This document shows, in pieces, positions 10,375 through 18,199 of a stretch of DNA of 30,578 bases; position 1 is the stretch's first letter, and every line of letters starts with the position of its first letter. Source of the stretch: Gammaproteobacteria bacterium (GTDB taxonomy: Bacteria; Pseudomonadota; Gammaproteobacteria; SURF-13); NCBI GenBank assembly GCA_043740145.1, contig JAYUCX010000183.1, forward strand, positions 1 to 30,578. Direction: 5' to 3'. The position numbers were made by a program, and so were the translations under genes. The notes under the pieces were generated by a model. That model ran no database searches, was not told where the DNA came from, and saw only the letters and a list, made by a program, of their open reading frames with translations.

Positions 10375-10410
10375 TAGACCTGCCCCTAATTGGTCAGCGG
10401 GGTAGACGAA

Positions 10411-11412
10411 CTAACCCCCGGTCATGGACATAAAGCGAATTACCTGCGAGGGTTTCTCGCGGAATTCGTGGCGCTCGGGTTTGCGGGCGATGGCGTGCAG
10501 CAGGGCGTTCTTTAATTCCTCGTCGTCAATACCCGCACGCAACAACGGACGCAGTTCCAGTTTGTCCTCCTGACCAAGACACAGGTACAGTGTTCCGTCT
10601 ACCGCAAGGCGTACTCGATTACAGGTCTCGCAGAAGTGTTGTGAAATCGGTGTGATAAAGCCAATGTGCAGAGAGGTGCCCGCCACTTGAACGTAACGCG
10701 CCGGGCCGCCACCGGGCATGACGCTAGGGATAAGCTCATAGCGTTGCGCCAGCCGCTCCTTCACCTTCTGTAAATCCAAATAGTGATCGGCCGCGTTGCG
10801 TCCCGTGTCGCCCATCGGCATGGTCTCGATCAGGCGCAGGGTGAAGTCATGCGCGATGCAGAACTCGACCATGTCTTCGATCTCATCATCGTTGACGTCT
10901 TTCATGGCGACCATATTGATCTTGATGGGCTTAAACCCGGCGGCCTTGGCGGCCATGAGGCCCTCGATGACGTGATCCAGCCGCCCACCGGTGATGGTGT
11001 GGAAACGCCCGGCATTGAGGCTGTCCAGGCTGACATTGATGCGTGTCACTCCGGCCTGACGTAGCGCCATCGCCTGCTTCTGCAATTGGGTGGCATTGGT
11101 GCTGAGCGATAAATCATCAATACCGGGCAGCGCAGACAAGCGCGTGGCGAGTTGCGGCAGATTCTTTCGCACCAGCGGTTCGCCGCCGGTGATACGCACG
11201 CGGCTCACACCCAATGCGCCGAACGCGCCGATGATACGCTCGATCTCGCCGAAGCTAAGCCAGTTGTCAGGTTCTTCGAAGCCCTTAAAGCCTTTGGGCA
11301 GGCAATAAAAACAGCGCAGGTCGCACTTGTCGGTGACCGACAGGCGGACGTATTCGATCTTGCGGCCGAAGGGATCTATGAGCTGGGGCTTCATGTGTAA
11401 GTCAGACATCAT
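10411..11412 (-). CDS. moaA: GTP 3',8-cyclase, molybdenum cofactor biosynthesis
   Basis: YVRLSVTDKCDLRCFYC radical-SAM motif, TGGEPL, FCETCNRVRL...LCL second cluster motif, C-terminal MSMTGG. Confidence 0.96.
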   Translation of the reverse strand: MMSDLHMKPQLIDPFGRKIEYVRLSVTDKCDLRCFYCLPKGFKGFEEPDNWLSFGEIERIIGAFGALGVSRVRITGGEPLVRKNLPQLATRLSALPGIDDLSLSTNATQLQKQAMALRQAGVTRINVSLDSLNAGRFHTITGGRLDHVIEGLMAAKAAGFKPIKINMVAMKDVNDDEIEDMVEFCIAHDFTLRLIETMPMGDTGRNAADHYLDLQKVKERLAQRYELIPSVMPGGGPARYVQVAGTSLHIGFITPISQHFCETCNRVRLAVDGTLYLCLGQEDKLELRPLLRAGIDDEELKNALLHAIARKPERHEFREKPSQVIRFMSMTGG

Positions 11413-11426
11413 CCAAGGTTGGCCAT

Positions 11427-12284
11427 TCAGCCCGGTTCGGAATCTTTTAGACGCAGAGCGTAGTCATACAGGGCGTTCTTTTTCAATCCGGTAATTTGCG
11501 CGGCCAGCGCCGCAGCTTGTTTGACAGGTAATTCCGCCATGAGAATCTGCACAATCCGCTGCGCTTCTGCTTCGCTCTCGCTGCTGTTTCCTAGCATACT
11601 CCCATGCACCAGAATCACAAACTCGCCTCTCTGCTGATTTTCATCGATGCGCAGCCAGTTGGCCAGTCCCGGCAAGGTATCCTCATGGATGGTCTCGAAG
11701 AGCTTGGTGAGTTCGCGCGCGATTACGGCGAGGCGTTCGGCTCCGAATGCCTGCGCCATGTCGTCAATGCAGTCGAGAATCCGGTGCGGCGATTCGTAAA
11801 AGATCAGCGTGCGCGGTTCGTCGCGCAATTCCGCCAGGCGCGTCCGGCGCGCGCCGGTGCGAGCAGGGAGGAAACCCTCGAACACAAAGCGGTCGGACGG
11901 CAATCCCGAGGCGGAGAGGGCGGCGATCAGGGCGGACGGGCCGGGGATAGGCACCACCCGTATGCCGTTGGCGCGCGCCGTGCGCACGAGATGATAGCCG
12001 GGATCGCTGACCAACGGCGTGCCGGCATCGGAGATGAGCGCCACGGAGTCGCCTTTAGCAAGCCGTTCCAGTATGGCCGGACTGGCCTCGCGCTCGTTGT
12101 GCTCATGCAGGGCGATACAGGGTGTTCTGACACCGAAGTGGCGCAACAAGGGGGCGCTATGGCGGGTGTCTTCGGCGGCAATCAGCGTCACGCCGGACAG
12201 CACCTCCACCGCGCGCGGGCTCATGTCGCCAAGGTTGCCGAGCGGCGTGGCGACGATGTACAGAACTCCGCGATCAATTGACAC
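11427..12284 (-). CDS. rsmI: 16S rRNA (cytidine-1402-2'-O)-methyltransferase
   Basis: LYIVATPLGNLGD, AAEDTRH, ALISDAGTPLVSDPG, FEGFLP, FYESPHR, RELTKLFE. Confidence 0.96.
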   Translation of the reverse strand: MSIDRGVLYIVATPLGNLGDMSPRAVEVLSGVTLIAAEDTRHSAPLLRHFGVRTPCIALHEHNEREASPAILERLAKGDSVALISDAGTPLVSDPGYHLVRTARANGIRVVPIPGPSALIAALSASGLPSDRFVFEGFLPARTGARRTRLAELRDEPRTLIFYESPHRILDCIDDMAQAFGAERLAVIARELTKLFETIHEDTLPGLANWLRIDENQQRGEFVILVHGSMLGNSSESEAEAQRIVQILMAELPVKQAAALAAQITGLKKNALYDYALRLKDSEPG

Positions 12285-12338
12285 TTAACCCTCTCAACGC
12301 TGATACTGCCCCTACCAGATAGTAAACCCCACATAACT

Positions 12339-14288
12339 ATGAACCTCCCGCACGCCGTATCTCGCTCAGGGTTACTCTTGCTGCTCGCGTTGACCGTGAG
12401 CGCTTGCGGGACGCTGAGCATACCTTCGTCTAGCACGGCAAGGCCAGCGCCGGCCCCGGTGCGCAGCGACACGGCGCAACAGGCGCAAGAACTCGAAAAT
12501 CAGGGCGATTTTCTGGGTGCGGCGCGCGCCTATCAGGAGCTGGCCGATCAGGCCGCAGAACCGCAGCGTCAAGACTACATCTTACACGCCGCCGCCGCTT
12601 ATGTGCAGGCTGGCGACATCAAGCAGGCGCGCCTGCTGGTTGATAGCGTCGCTGTGGAAGGTTTGCCGGCCGAGCGGCTCACCCGCAGGCAGGTACTGGA
12701 TGCGCAGGTGGCGCTATCCGAGGGCGATCCGCAGCACGCCCTGAAGGCGCTCAACAGCGAGCCCCGGCCAGGCGCTCTCCCATCTCTGCAGGCCGAGGCA
12801 CACCTGCTGCGCGCGGAGAGCTATTCTCTGCTCGGCAACCACATTGAAACCGCGCGCGCACGCATAACCCTGGAGCCGCTGTTCACTGACCCTATCGCCA
12901 TCCAGGATAATCAGCGCGGCATCATACAGGCCCTGGCGATGATGTCCGATGAGGCCCTGCGCCAATTGGCGGCCGGGCCGCCGGAGGTGTTGAGCGGCTG
13001 GATGGAGCTCGTGACCATCGCCCGCGCCACAGGCAAGGACCCGGTTCAGTATAAGACCCAGGTCGTGGATTGGCGGCATCGTTACCGCCAGCACCCTGCG
13101 TCGGAAGAGACACTGCGCTATCTCGCTACCACGGCGGCTTCGTCTGCGCCCGGTCTAACTCCCGTTGAGCCTGCTCCGGGAGTAACGTCTACAACGGTCC
13201 CGCTCACTACTACGGTAGGGAGCCCGGCCCGGATTGCCTTATTACTACCCATCAGCGGTAGCCTTGCCGGCGCAGGCAATGCCGTACGTGAGGGCGTGCT
13301 CGCCGCCGCGCGCGCGCAGGCAGGCGGAGACAATCCTGCCGTCACGGTCTATGATGTTGGCGCGGCCAATGCCCAGGAACGCGCCACGAAGGTATTGGAG
13401 ATGTATCAACAGGCGTTGCAGGAGGGCGCCACTGCGGTGCTCGGCCCGCTCGACAAGGAGGGCGTCAAGTCCCTTTATAGCTTGGGCACGCTGCCCGTGC
13501 CCACCCTCGCCTTGAACTACGGCGATGAGAACGACGCCGCGCCCGTAAATCTCTATCAATTCGGCCTTGCCCCCGAAGACGAGGCCCGCCAAGCGGCGGA
13601 GCGCGCCTGGCTGGAGGGCCATAGCCAGGCCTTGGTGCTCACTCCCAGTGGTGAATGGGGCGACAGGATCGCCAATGCCTTCAGGGCACAACTTGAGCAG
13701 CGCGGTGGCATCGTCGTGGATCAGGAGAGTTACCCGGCGGAGGGCGTGGATTTCTCGACCCCAGTACGCAGACTGCTTAAATACTCCGACGGGGGCGAAA
13801 AGCGTAATAAAAAAATTCGCCCGCAGCGCCGCCGGGATGCCGATTTCATCTTCCTCGCGGCGCAGCCAAGACAAGCGCGTACGATCCGCCCCTTGTTACA
13901 ATTTTTTTACGCCTCAGAACTGCCGGTGTACGCAACCTCGCATACCTACAGCGGCAACCCGTCGCGGGTCGCCGACCAGGATCTCGAAGGTCTCATGTTT
14001 GCGGACATGCCCTGGGTGTTGACGGACAATACCCCTCAGCAGGTCTTGCGGGGCACGCTGGCCGGCCAGTCGCCCGCCGCCTTCGCGCAATACAAACGGC
14101 TCCATGCACTGGGCGTGGATGCGTATCATCTTTTGGCGCAGCTCGACCGTCTGCGCGGCGCACCCGAAGAGCGCTTTGAAGGCGAGACCGGCGGCCTGAC
14201 GCTGGACACCGCCAACCGCATCCACCGGCATCTGGTATGGGCGCGTTTTGTCAACGGCGTGCCGCAACCGCTCGAGGACGCGCGTTGA
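12339..14288 (+). CDS. lpoA: Penicillin-binding protein activator LpoA (LppC family lipoprotein)
   Basis: Lipobox VSAC, TPR-like N-domain, Pro/Thr linker, IALLLP.SG, GPLDK, ALNY, FGLAPEDEA, ALGVDAY; divergent from rsmI as in the conserved yra locus. Confidence 0.9.
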   Translation: MNLPHAVSRSGLLLLLALTVSACGTLSIPSSSTARPAPAPVRSDTAQQAQELENQGDFLGAARAYQELADQAAEPQRQDYILHAAAAYVQAGDIKQARLLVDSVAVEGLPAERLTRRQVLDAQVALSEGDPQHALKALNSEPRPGALPSLQAEAHLLRAESYSLLGNHIETARARITLEPLFTDPIAIQDNQRGIIQALAMMSDEALRQLAAGPPEVLSGWMELVTIARATGKDPVQYKTQVVDWRHRYRQHPASEETLRYLATTAASSAPGLTPVEPAPGVTSTTVPLTTTVGSPARIALLLPISGSLAGAGNAVREGVLAAARAQAGGDNPAVTVYDVGAANAQERATKVLEMYQQALQEGATAVLGPLDKEGVKSLYSLGTLPVPTLALNYGDENDAAPVNLYQFGLAPEDEARQAAERAWLEGHSQALVLTPSGEWGDRIANAFRAQLEQRGGIVVDQESYPAEGVDFSTPVRRLLKYSDGGEKRNKKIRPQRRRDADFIFLAAQPRQARTIRPLLQFFYASELPVYATSHTYSGNPSRVADQDLEGLMFADMPWVLTDNTPQQVLRGTLAGQSPAAFAQYKRLHALGVDAYHLLAQLDRLRGAPEERFEGETGGLTLDTANRIHRHLVWARFVNGVPQPLEDAR

Positions 14289-14656
14289 GCGAGGCCACCG
14301 CCAAACAATTGCGCGGACAACAGGCCGAAGATCTGGCTTGTCGCTATTTACTGGCGCAAGGCCTGCAATTGCTGGAACGAAATTACCGCTGCAAGCGCGG
14401 CGAGCTGGATCTCATCATGAAACACAAGGACAGCATCGTGTTTGTCGAGGTGCGTTACCGCAACACCCTGCGCTTCGGCGGCGGCATGGAGAGCGTGGAC
14501 AGGCACAAACAGTCCAGACTGATCGCCTGCGCGCAACACTATCTGCAATACCACAAGCTGGGCGCAACCATCCCCTGCCGCTTTGACGTAGTCGCCGTGC
14601 TAACCGCTGCGGGTGAGGATAAAGCGGAGTGGATAAGAGACGCCTTTCAGGCTTAA
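14285..14656 (+). CDS. yraN: YraN family (UPF0102) nuclease-like protein
   Basis: TTG start overlapping lpoA stop (TTGA); GQQAEDLA, LERNYRCKRGELDLIM, VFVEVRYR, CRFDVVA. Confidence 0.92.
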   Translation: MSEATAKQLRGQQAEDLACRYLLAQGLQLLERNYRCKRGELDLIMKHKDSIVFVEVRYRNTLRFGGGMESVDRHKQSRLIACAQHYLQYHKLGATIPCRFDVVAVLTAAGEDKAEWIRDAFQA

Positions 14657-14662
14657 AGACAG

Positions 14663-14683
14663 GGGCTAGGGACTAGGGGCTAG
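14663..14683. repeat. Three tandem heptamers GG(G/A)CTAG
   Basis: GGGCTAG-GGACTAG-GGGCTAG read directly between yraN and gmhA. Confidence 0.6.
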
Positions 14684-15289
<606 letters not shown>

Positions 15290-15293
15290 ACTC

Positions 15294-15872
15294 ATGAACT
15301 CTAAATTTTCTTTACTAGTAGCAGTGGCGCTGTCGGCGGCCTTATTGCAGGGTTGCGCGGCAGTAGTGGTCGGCGCCGCCGCCACCGGCGTGGCGGTCGC
15401 GCATGACCGGCGCACCGCGGGCACCGTCGTGGATGATGAAACCATCGAAGTGAAGGCTGCCGGGGCGCTCAATGCGGACAAAGAGATCCGCGACCAGACC
15501 CATTTCAATGTCACCAGCTACAACAATGTCGTGCTGATGACCGGCGAGACGCCTACCCAGCCACTGGGTCAGCGCGCCTATCAAATCGTGAGCGGGCTCG
15601 ACAAGGTCAAAAAGGTGCATAACGAGACCGTCGTCGCGGCGCTCAGTTCGTTCGGCTCGCGCAGCAATGACGTCCTGCTGACCAGCAAGGTCAAGGCGCG
15701 CATGATCGCCACCAAGGGCTTTGATTCCACGCTGGTGAAGGTTGTGTCGGAGCGCGGGACTGTTTACCTGATGGGTCTGGTATACCGTCACGAGGGCGAC
15801 CTGGCGACGGCCATTACCCGCCAGACCGATGGCGTACAACGCGTCGTCAAGCTGTTTGAATATCTGGAGTAG
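15294..15872 (+). CDS. Dual BON domain lipoprotein (DolP/YraP family)
   Basis: Start at ATG 15294; lipobox LQGC; DRRTAGTVVDD, VTSYNNVVLMTGE, VSERGTVYLMGLV, GVQRVVKLFEY. Confidence 0.92.
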   Translation: MNSKFSLLVAVALSAALLQGCAAVVVGAAATGVAVAHDRRTAGTVVDDETIEVKAAGALNADKEIRDQTHFNVTSYNNVVLMTGETPTQPLGQRAYQIVSGLDKVKKVHNETVVAALSSFGSRSNDVLLTSKVKARMIATKGFDSTLVKVVSERGTVYLMGLVYRHEGDLATAITRQTDGVQRVVKLFEYLE

Positions 15873-15923
15873 AGCCGAATTTATTCGGCCGTTTTGCGAT
15901 ACTGCGAATAAATTCGCGCCTAC
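15869..15923. repeat. GTAG-type REP doublet in inverted orientation (REPIN); may act as bidirectional terminator
   Basis: GTAGagccgaatttattcggc (15869-15889) and, on the minus strand, GTAGgcgcgaatttattcgc (15923-15904). Each has an internal palindrome and the two share CGAATTTATTCG. Both GTAG feet contain the TAG stops of the convergent genes. Confidence 0.8.
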
Positions 15924-16321
15924 TTCACCAGTTTGAGCTTGGGCTTTCCGGGCTTGTCGGCGTTGGGTTTGGGAGGTGTGCCACCCTCCAGTTCATTAAA
16001 GACCATGCCCTGACCGTTTTCGCGGGCGTAGATCGCCAGCACGGCGGAGATCGGTATGCTGACGTGGGTGGCTGCACCGCCGAAGCGGGCGTTGAACTCG
16101 ATCAGATCATTGCCTATTTCCAGATTATGAGCGGCGGAAAGGCTGGTGTTGAGGATGATCTTGCCGTTCTGTACGTGTTTGGCAGGTACATTCACCTCCG
16201 GCCCGATCACGTTGACGAGCAGGTGAGGGGCAAGTCCATTGTCCACGATCCAAGTGTGGATCGCGCGGATCAGGTAGGGGCGGCTGGAGGTCATCTCCAT
16301 ATTGATAGGAGGGTTGTTCAT
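15920..16321 (-). CDS. sspB: ClpXP protease adaptor, stringent starvation protein B (start uncertain, 16333/16321/later)
   Basis: MTSSRPYLIRAIHTWIVDNG, FNARFGG, AIYARENGQGMVF, C-terminal KPKLKLVK ClpX-binding tail. Confidence 0.93.
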   Translation of the reverse strand: MNNPPINMEMTSSRPYLIRAIHTWIVDNGLAPHLLVNVIGPEVNVPAKHVQNGKIILNTSLSAAHNLEIGNDLIEFNARFGGAATHVSIPISAVLAIYARENGQGMVFNELEGGTPPKPNADKPGKPKLKLVK

Positions 16322-16372
16322 CGTCTTTACCAATAGCTAAACACTGTGGTGCTATTTTACACGACTTTCCGT

Positions 16373-16999
16373 TTAGGCTCGCATCTCCCGCTCGGCCTCC
16401 GTGAGGCTGGCCCGGAAGCCCTCGCGGGCGAACAGCCGCGCCGAATATTTGGCGATGTGCTTCGCCTGGGGCGGCAATTCGACCCCTAGATGCGGTAAGC
16501 GCCACAGGATCGGCCCGATAACGCAGTCCACCAGCGACAACTCATCGCTCATGAAGAAGGTCTTTTGCCCGAACAGCGGATCGCTGGCGGTCAGGCTGTC
16601 CCGCAGGGCCTTGCGGGCCTTACTGAGGCGGTGATTGTCCGGATTTTCCAGTTCCTCGACGGCGCTGTACCAATCCTGTTCGATACGGTACATCATGAGC
16701 CGCGTCCGCGCCCGTGACACCGGGTCCACCGGCATCAGCGGCGGATGCGGAAAGCGCTCATCCAGATATTCCATGATGATGAGCGAATTATAAAGCACCA
16801 GATCGCGGTCTACGAGGGTAGGCAAGGTATGGTAGGGGTTTAGATCTATCACGTCTTCAGGCAGGTGTTCGGGATCTACGTGGATAATGTCCACCGCGAT
16901 ATTCTTTTCGGCGAGCGCAAAGCGGGTGCGGTGGCTGAAGGGGCAAACCGGGCCGGAGTAGAGAGTCATGACCGATCTTCTATTGATAATTAGCGACAT
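16373..16999 (-). CDS. sspA: Stringent starvation protein A (GST-like RNAP-binding factor)
   Basis: LYS...CPFSHRTR, LNPYHTLPTLVDRDLVLY, YLDERFPHPPLMPVDP, PILWRL; AGGGAG RBS. Confidence 0.95.
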   Translation of the reverse strand: MSLIINRRSVMTLYSGPVCPFSHRTRFALAEKNIAVDIIHVDPEHLPEDVIDLNPYHTLPTLVDRDLVLYNSLIIMEYLDERFPHPPLMPVDPVSRARTRLMMYRIEQDWYSAVEELENPDNHRLSKARKALRDSLTASDPLFGQKTFFMSDELSLVDCVIGPILWRLPHLGVELPPQAKHIAKYSARLFAREGFRASLTEAEREMRA

Positions 17000-17098
17000 A
17001 AGATCTCCCTGGTATGTTTTGTGAAATAACTGTTTTACGGGCTTAAGTCATTGACTCTTTTGGGATAGCTGATGAATAGTTATGGCTACCCTGCCGCG

Positions 17099-17125
17099 AG
17101 TATACCTTAGATGACACGGTGTCAA
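17099..17125 (-). promoter_or_regulatory. Candidate sigma70 promoter for sspA-sspB
   Basis: Minus strand TTGACA (17125-17120), 15-nt spacer, TATACT (17104-17099). Boxes are near-consensus but the spacer is short. Confidence 0.45.
17112..17124. promoter_or_regulatory. Perfect palindrome TGACAC-G-GTGTCA, candidate transcription-factor operator
   Basis: 6-1-6 dyad read directly; overlaps the -35 and spacer of the candidate sspA promoter. Confidence 0.4.
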
Positions 17126-17165
17126 TGTAGTGAGAGCCATATTTTTGATGAGGCTTGTAATACTA

Positions 17166-17195
17166 TTGACATCACTCTTGGCGTTGATCTACGAT
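17166..17195 (+). promoter_or_regulatory. Candidate sigma70 promoter for the act operon
   Basis: TTGACA (17166-17171), 18-nt spacer, TACGAT (17190-17195); back-to-back with the sspA candidate promoter. Confidence 0.4.
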
Positions 17196-17561
17196 TTGAA
17201 ATTCGACAATGATCTACTCGTTTAAGGGAGCTTTGCTTTTGAGTATTGTGTAGGCTGAGTTGGGCGCCCACCCTGTCGCTCCCTAGTTGTGATGCGTGTT
17301 TTAAGGATGCGTTTTTTGCAAATGCCGACGCGGTAGCCGTAGTCGTCGAGGCATATTCTGCAAACAATTCCCCGGGTGAGTCACTTAAGCCGACATAATC
17401 GTTAAAGGTTAGGGCGTGCTATTGCCGCGCGCCTCGGGTTTTACGAGTTAGCAAGCCATCGTCGGCCTGTTTCCCGTGTGTTCGCTTGGTCCTAAGGGGC
17501 GTGAGAGGGTCAGCGGGCGTTTTGAAATGTAGCGTGTTTTCCAGACAGCGGAACTAACAAG

Positions 17562-18161
17562 ATGAATGACTTACTTCGGCGTTGGCTATTGACCTTCCTG
17601 TGTGTCGGCGGCTTCCTGATCGGGACGAGCACTGCCGCGTCGGAAGCCCCCAATATTAAATATCCTGTCCCCCCGCCGGGCGACTACAACGGTGACGTGG
17701 TCGAACAGCCCATCGAGTTCCCTCACGACATCCATACCAAGATCAACAAGATCAACTGCCTTTACTGCCACACCTACGGCCGCCGCAGCAAGGTGGCCGG
17801 CATCCCACCCACCAGTAAGTGCATGGGCTGCCACCGGGTGATCGCCACCGACAAGCCGCGCATCCAGAAACTCACCGAATATTGGGAAAAGCGCCAATCC
17901 ATCCCCTGGAAGAAGGTGCACGACGTGCCCGATTTCGTTCATTTCACCCACGAAAGGCACCTCAAGAAATTCATCTTCGATAACGAGGAGCTGGTGCAGA
18001 ATCTCTCCGTGGACACCGTGGCGCCGGTGTGTGCCGCTTGTCATGGCGACCTCAGGGAGATGACGGTGGCGCGCAAGGTAAAGCCGATGAGCATGGGCTG
18101 GTGTGTCGCGTGCCATGAAGCCAACGGCGGACCCGGCGACTGTTGGAAGTGTCATAAATAA
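17562..18161 (+). CDS. actA: Alternative complex III pentaheme cytochrome c subunit
   Basis: N-terminal hydrophobic anchor; five CxxCH motifs (CLYCH, CMGCH, CAACH, CVACH, CWKCH); QPIEFPH, IPWKKVHDVPDFVHFTH, MSMGWCVACH; first gene of the cluster. Confidence 0.9.
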   Translation: MNDLLRRWLLTFLCVGGFLIGTSTAASEAPNIKYPVPPPGDYNGDVVEQPIEFPHDIHTKINKINCLYCHTYGRRSKVAGIPPTSKCMGCHRVIATDKPRIQKLTEYWEKRQSIPWKKVHDVPDFVHFTHERHLKKFIFDNEELVQNLSVDTVAPVCAACHGDLREMTVARKVKPMSMGWCVACHEANGGPGDCWKCHK

Positions 18162-18199
18162 TCAGCCTGAAACCAGCAAACACGTACGGACGGTTACCT

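Noticed and set aside
10411-11412. moaA as evidence that ActB1 is a molybdoenzyme
   Set aside because: moaA is about 6 kb away in a separate transcription unit, and ActB1 lacks the Mo-ligand and CxK features. Proximity is uninformative.
11400-11430. RNase P RNA (rnpB) downstream of rsmI, as in some gammaproteobacteria
   Set aside because: Only 14 bp separate rsmI from moaA, so there is no room and no rnpB motifs.
17184-17200. FNR/Anr box upstream of the act operon
   Set aside because: A TTGAT half-site is present but the partner ATCAA at 4-nt spacing is absent.
17122-17367. 81-aa ORF in the sspA-actA spacer as a gene or petC remnant
   Set aside because: No RBS, no recognisable motif or similarity to cytochrome c1, and it overlaps the candidate promoters.
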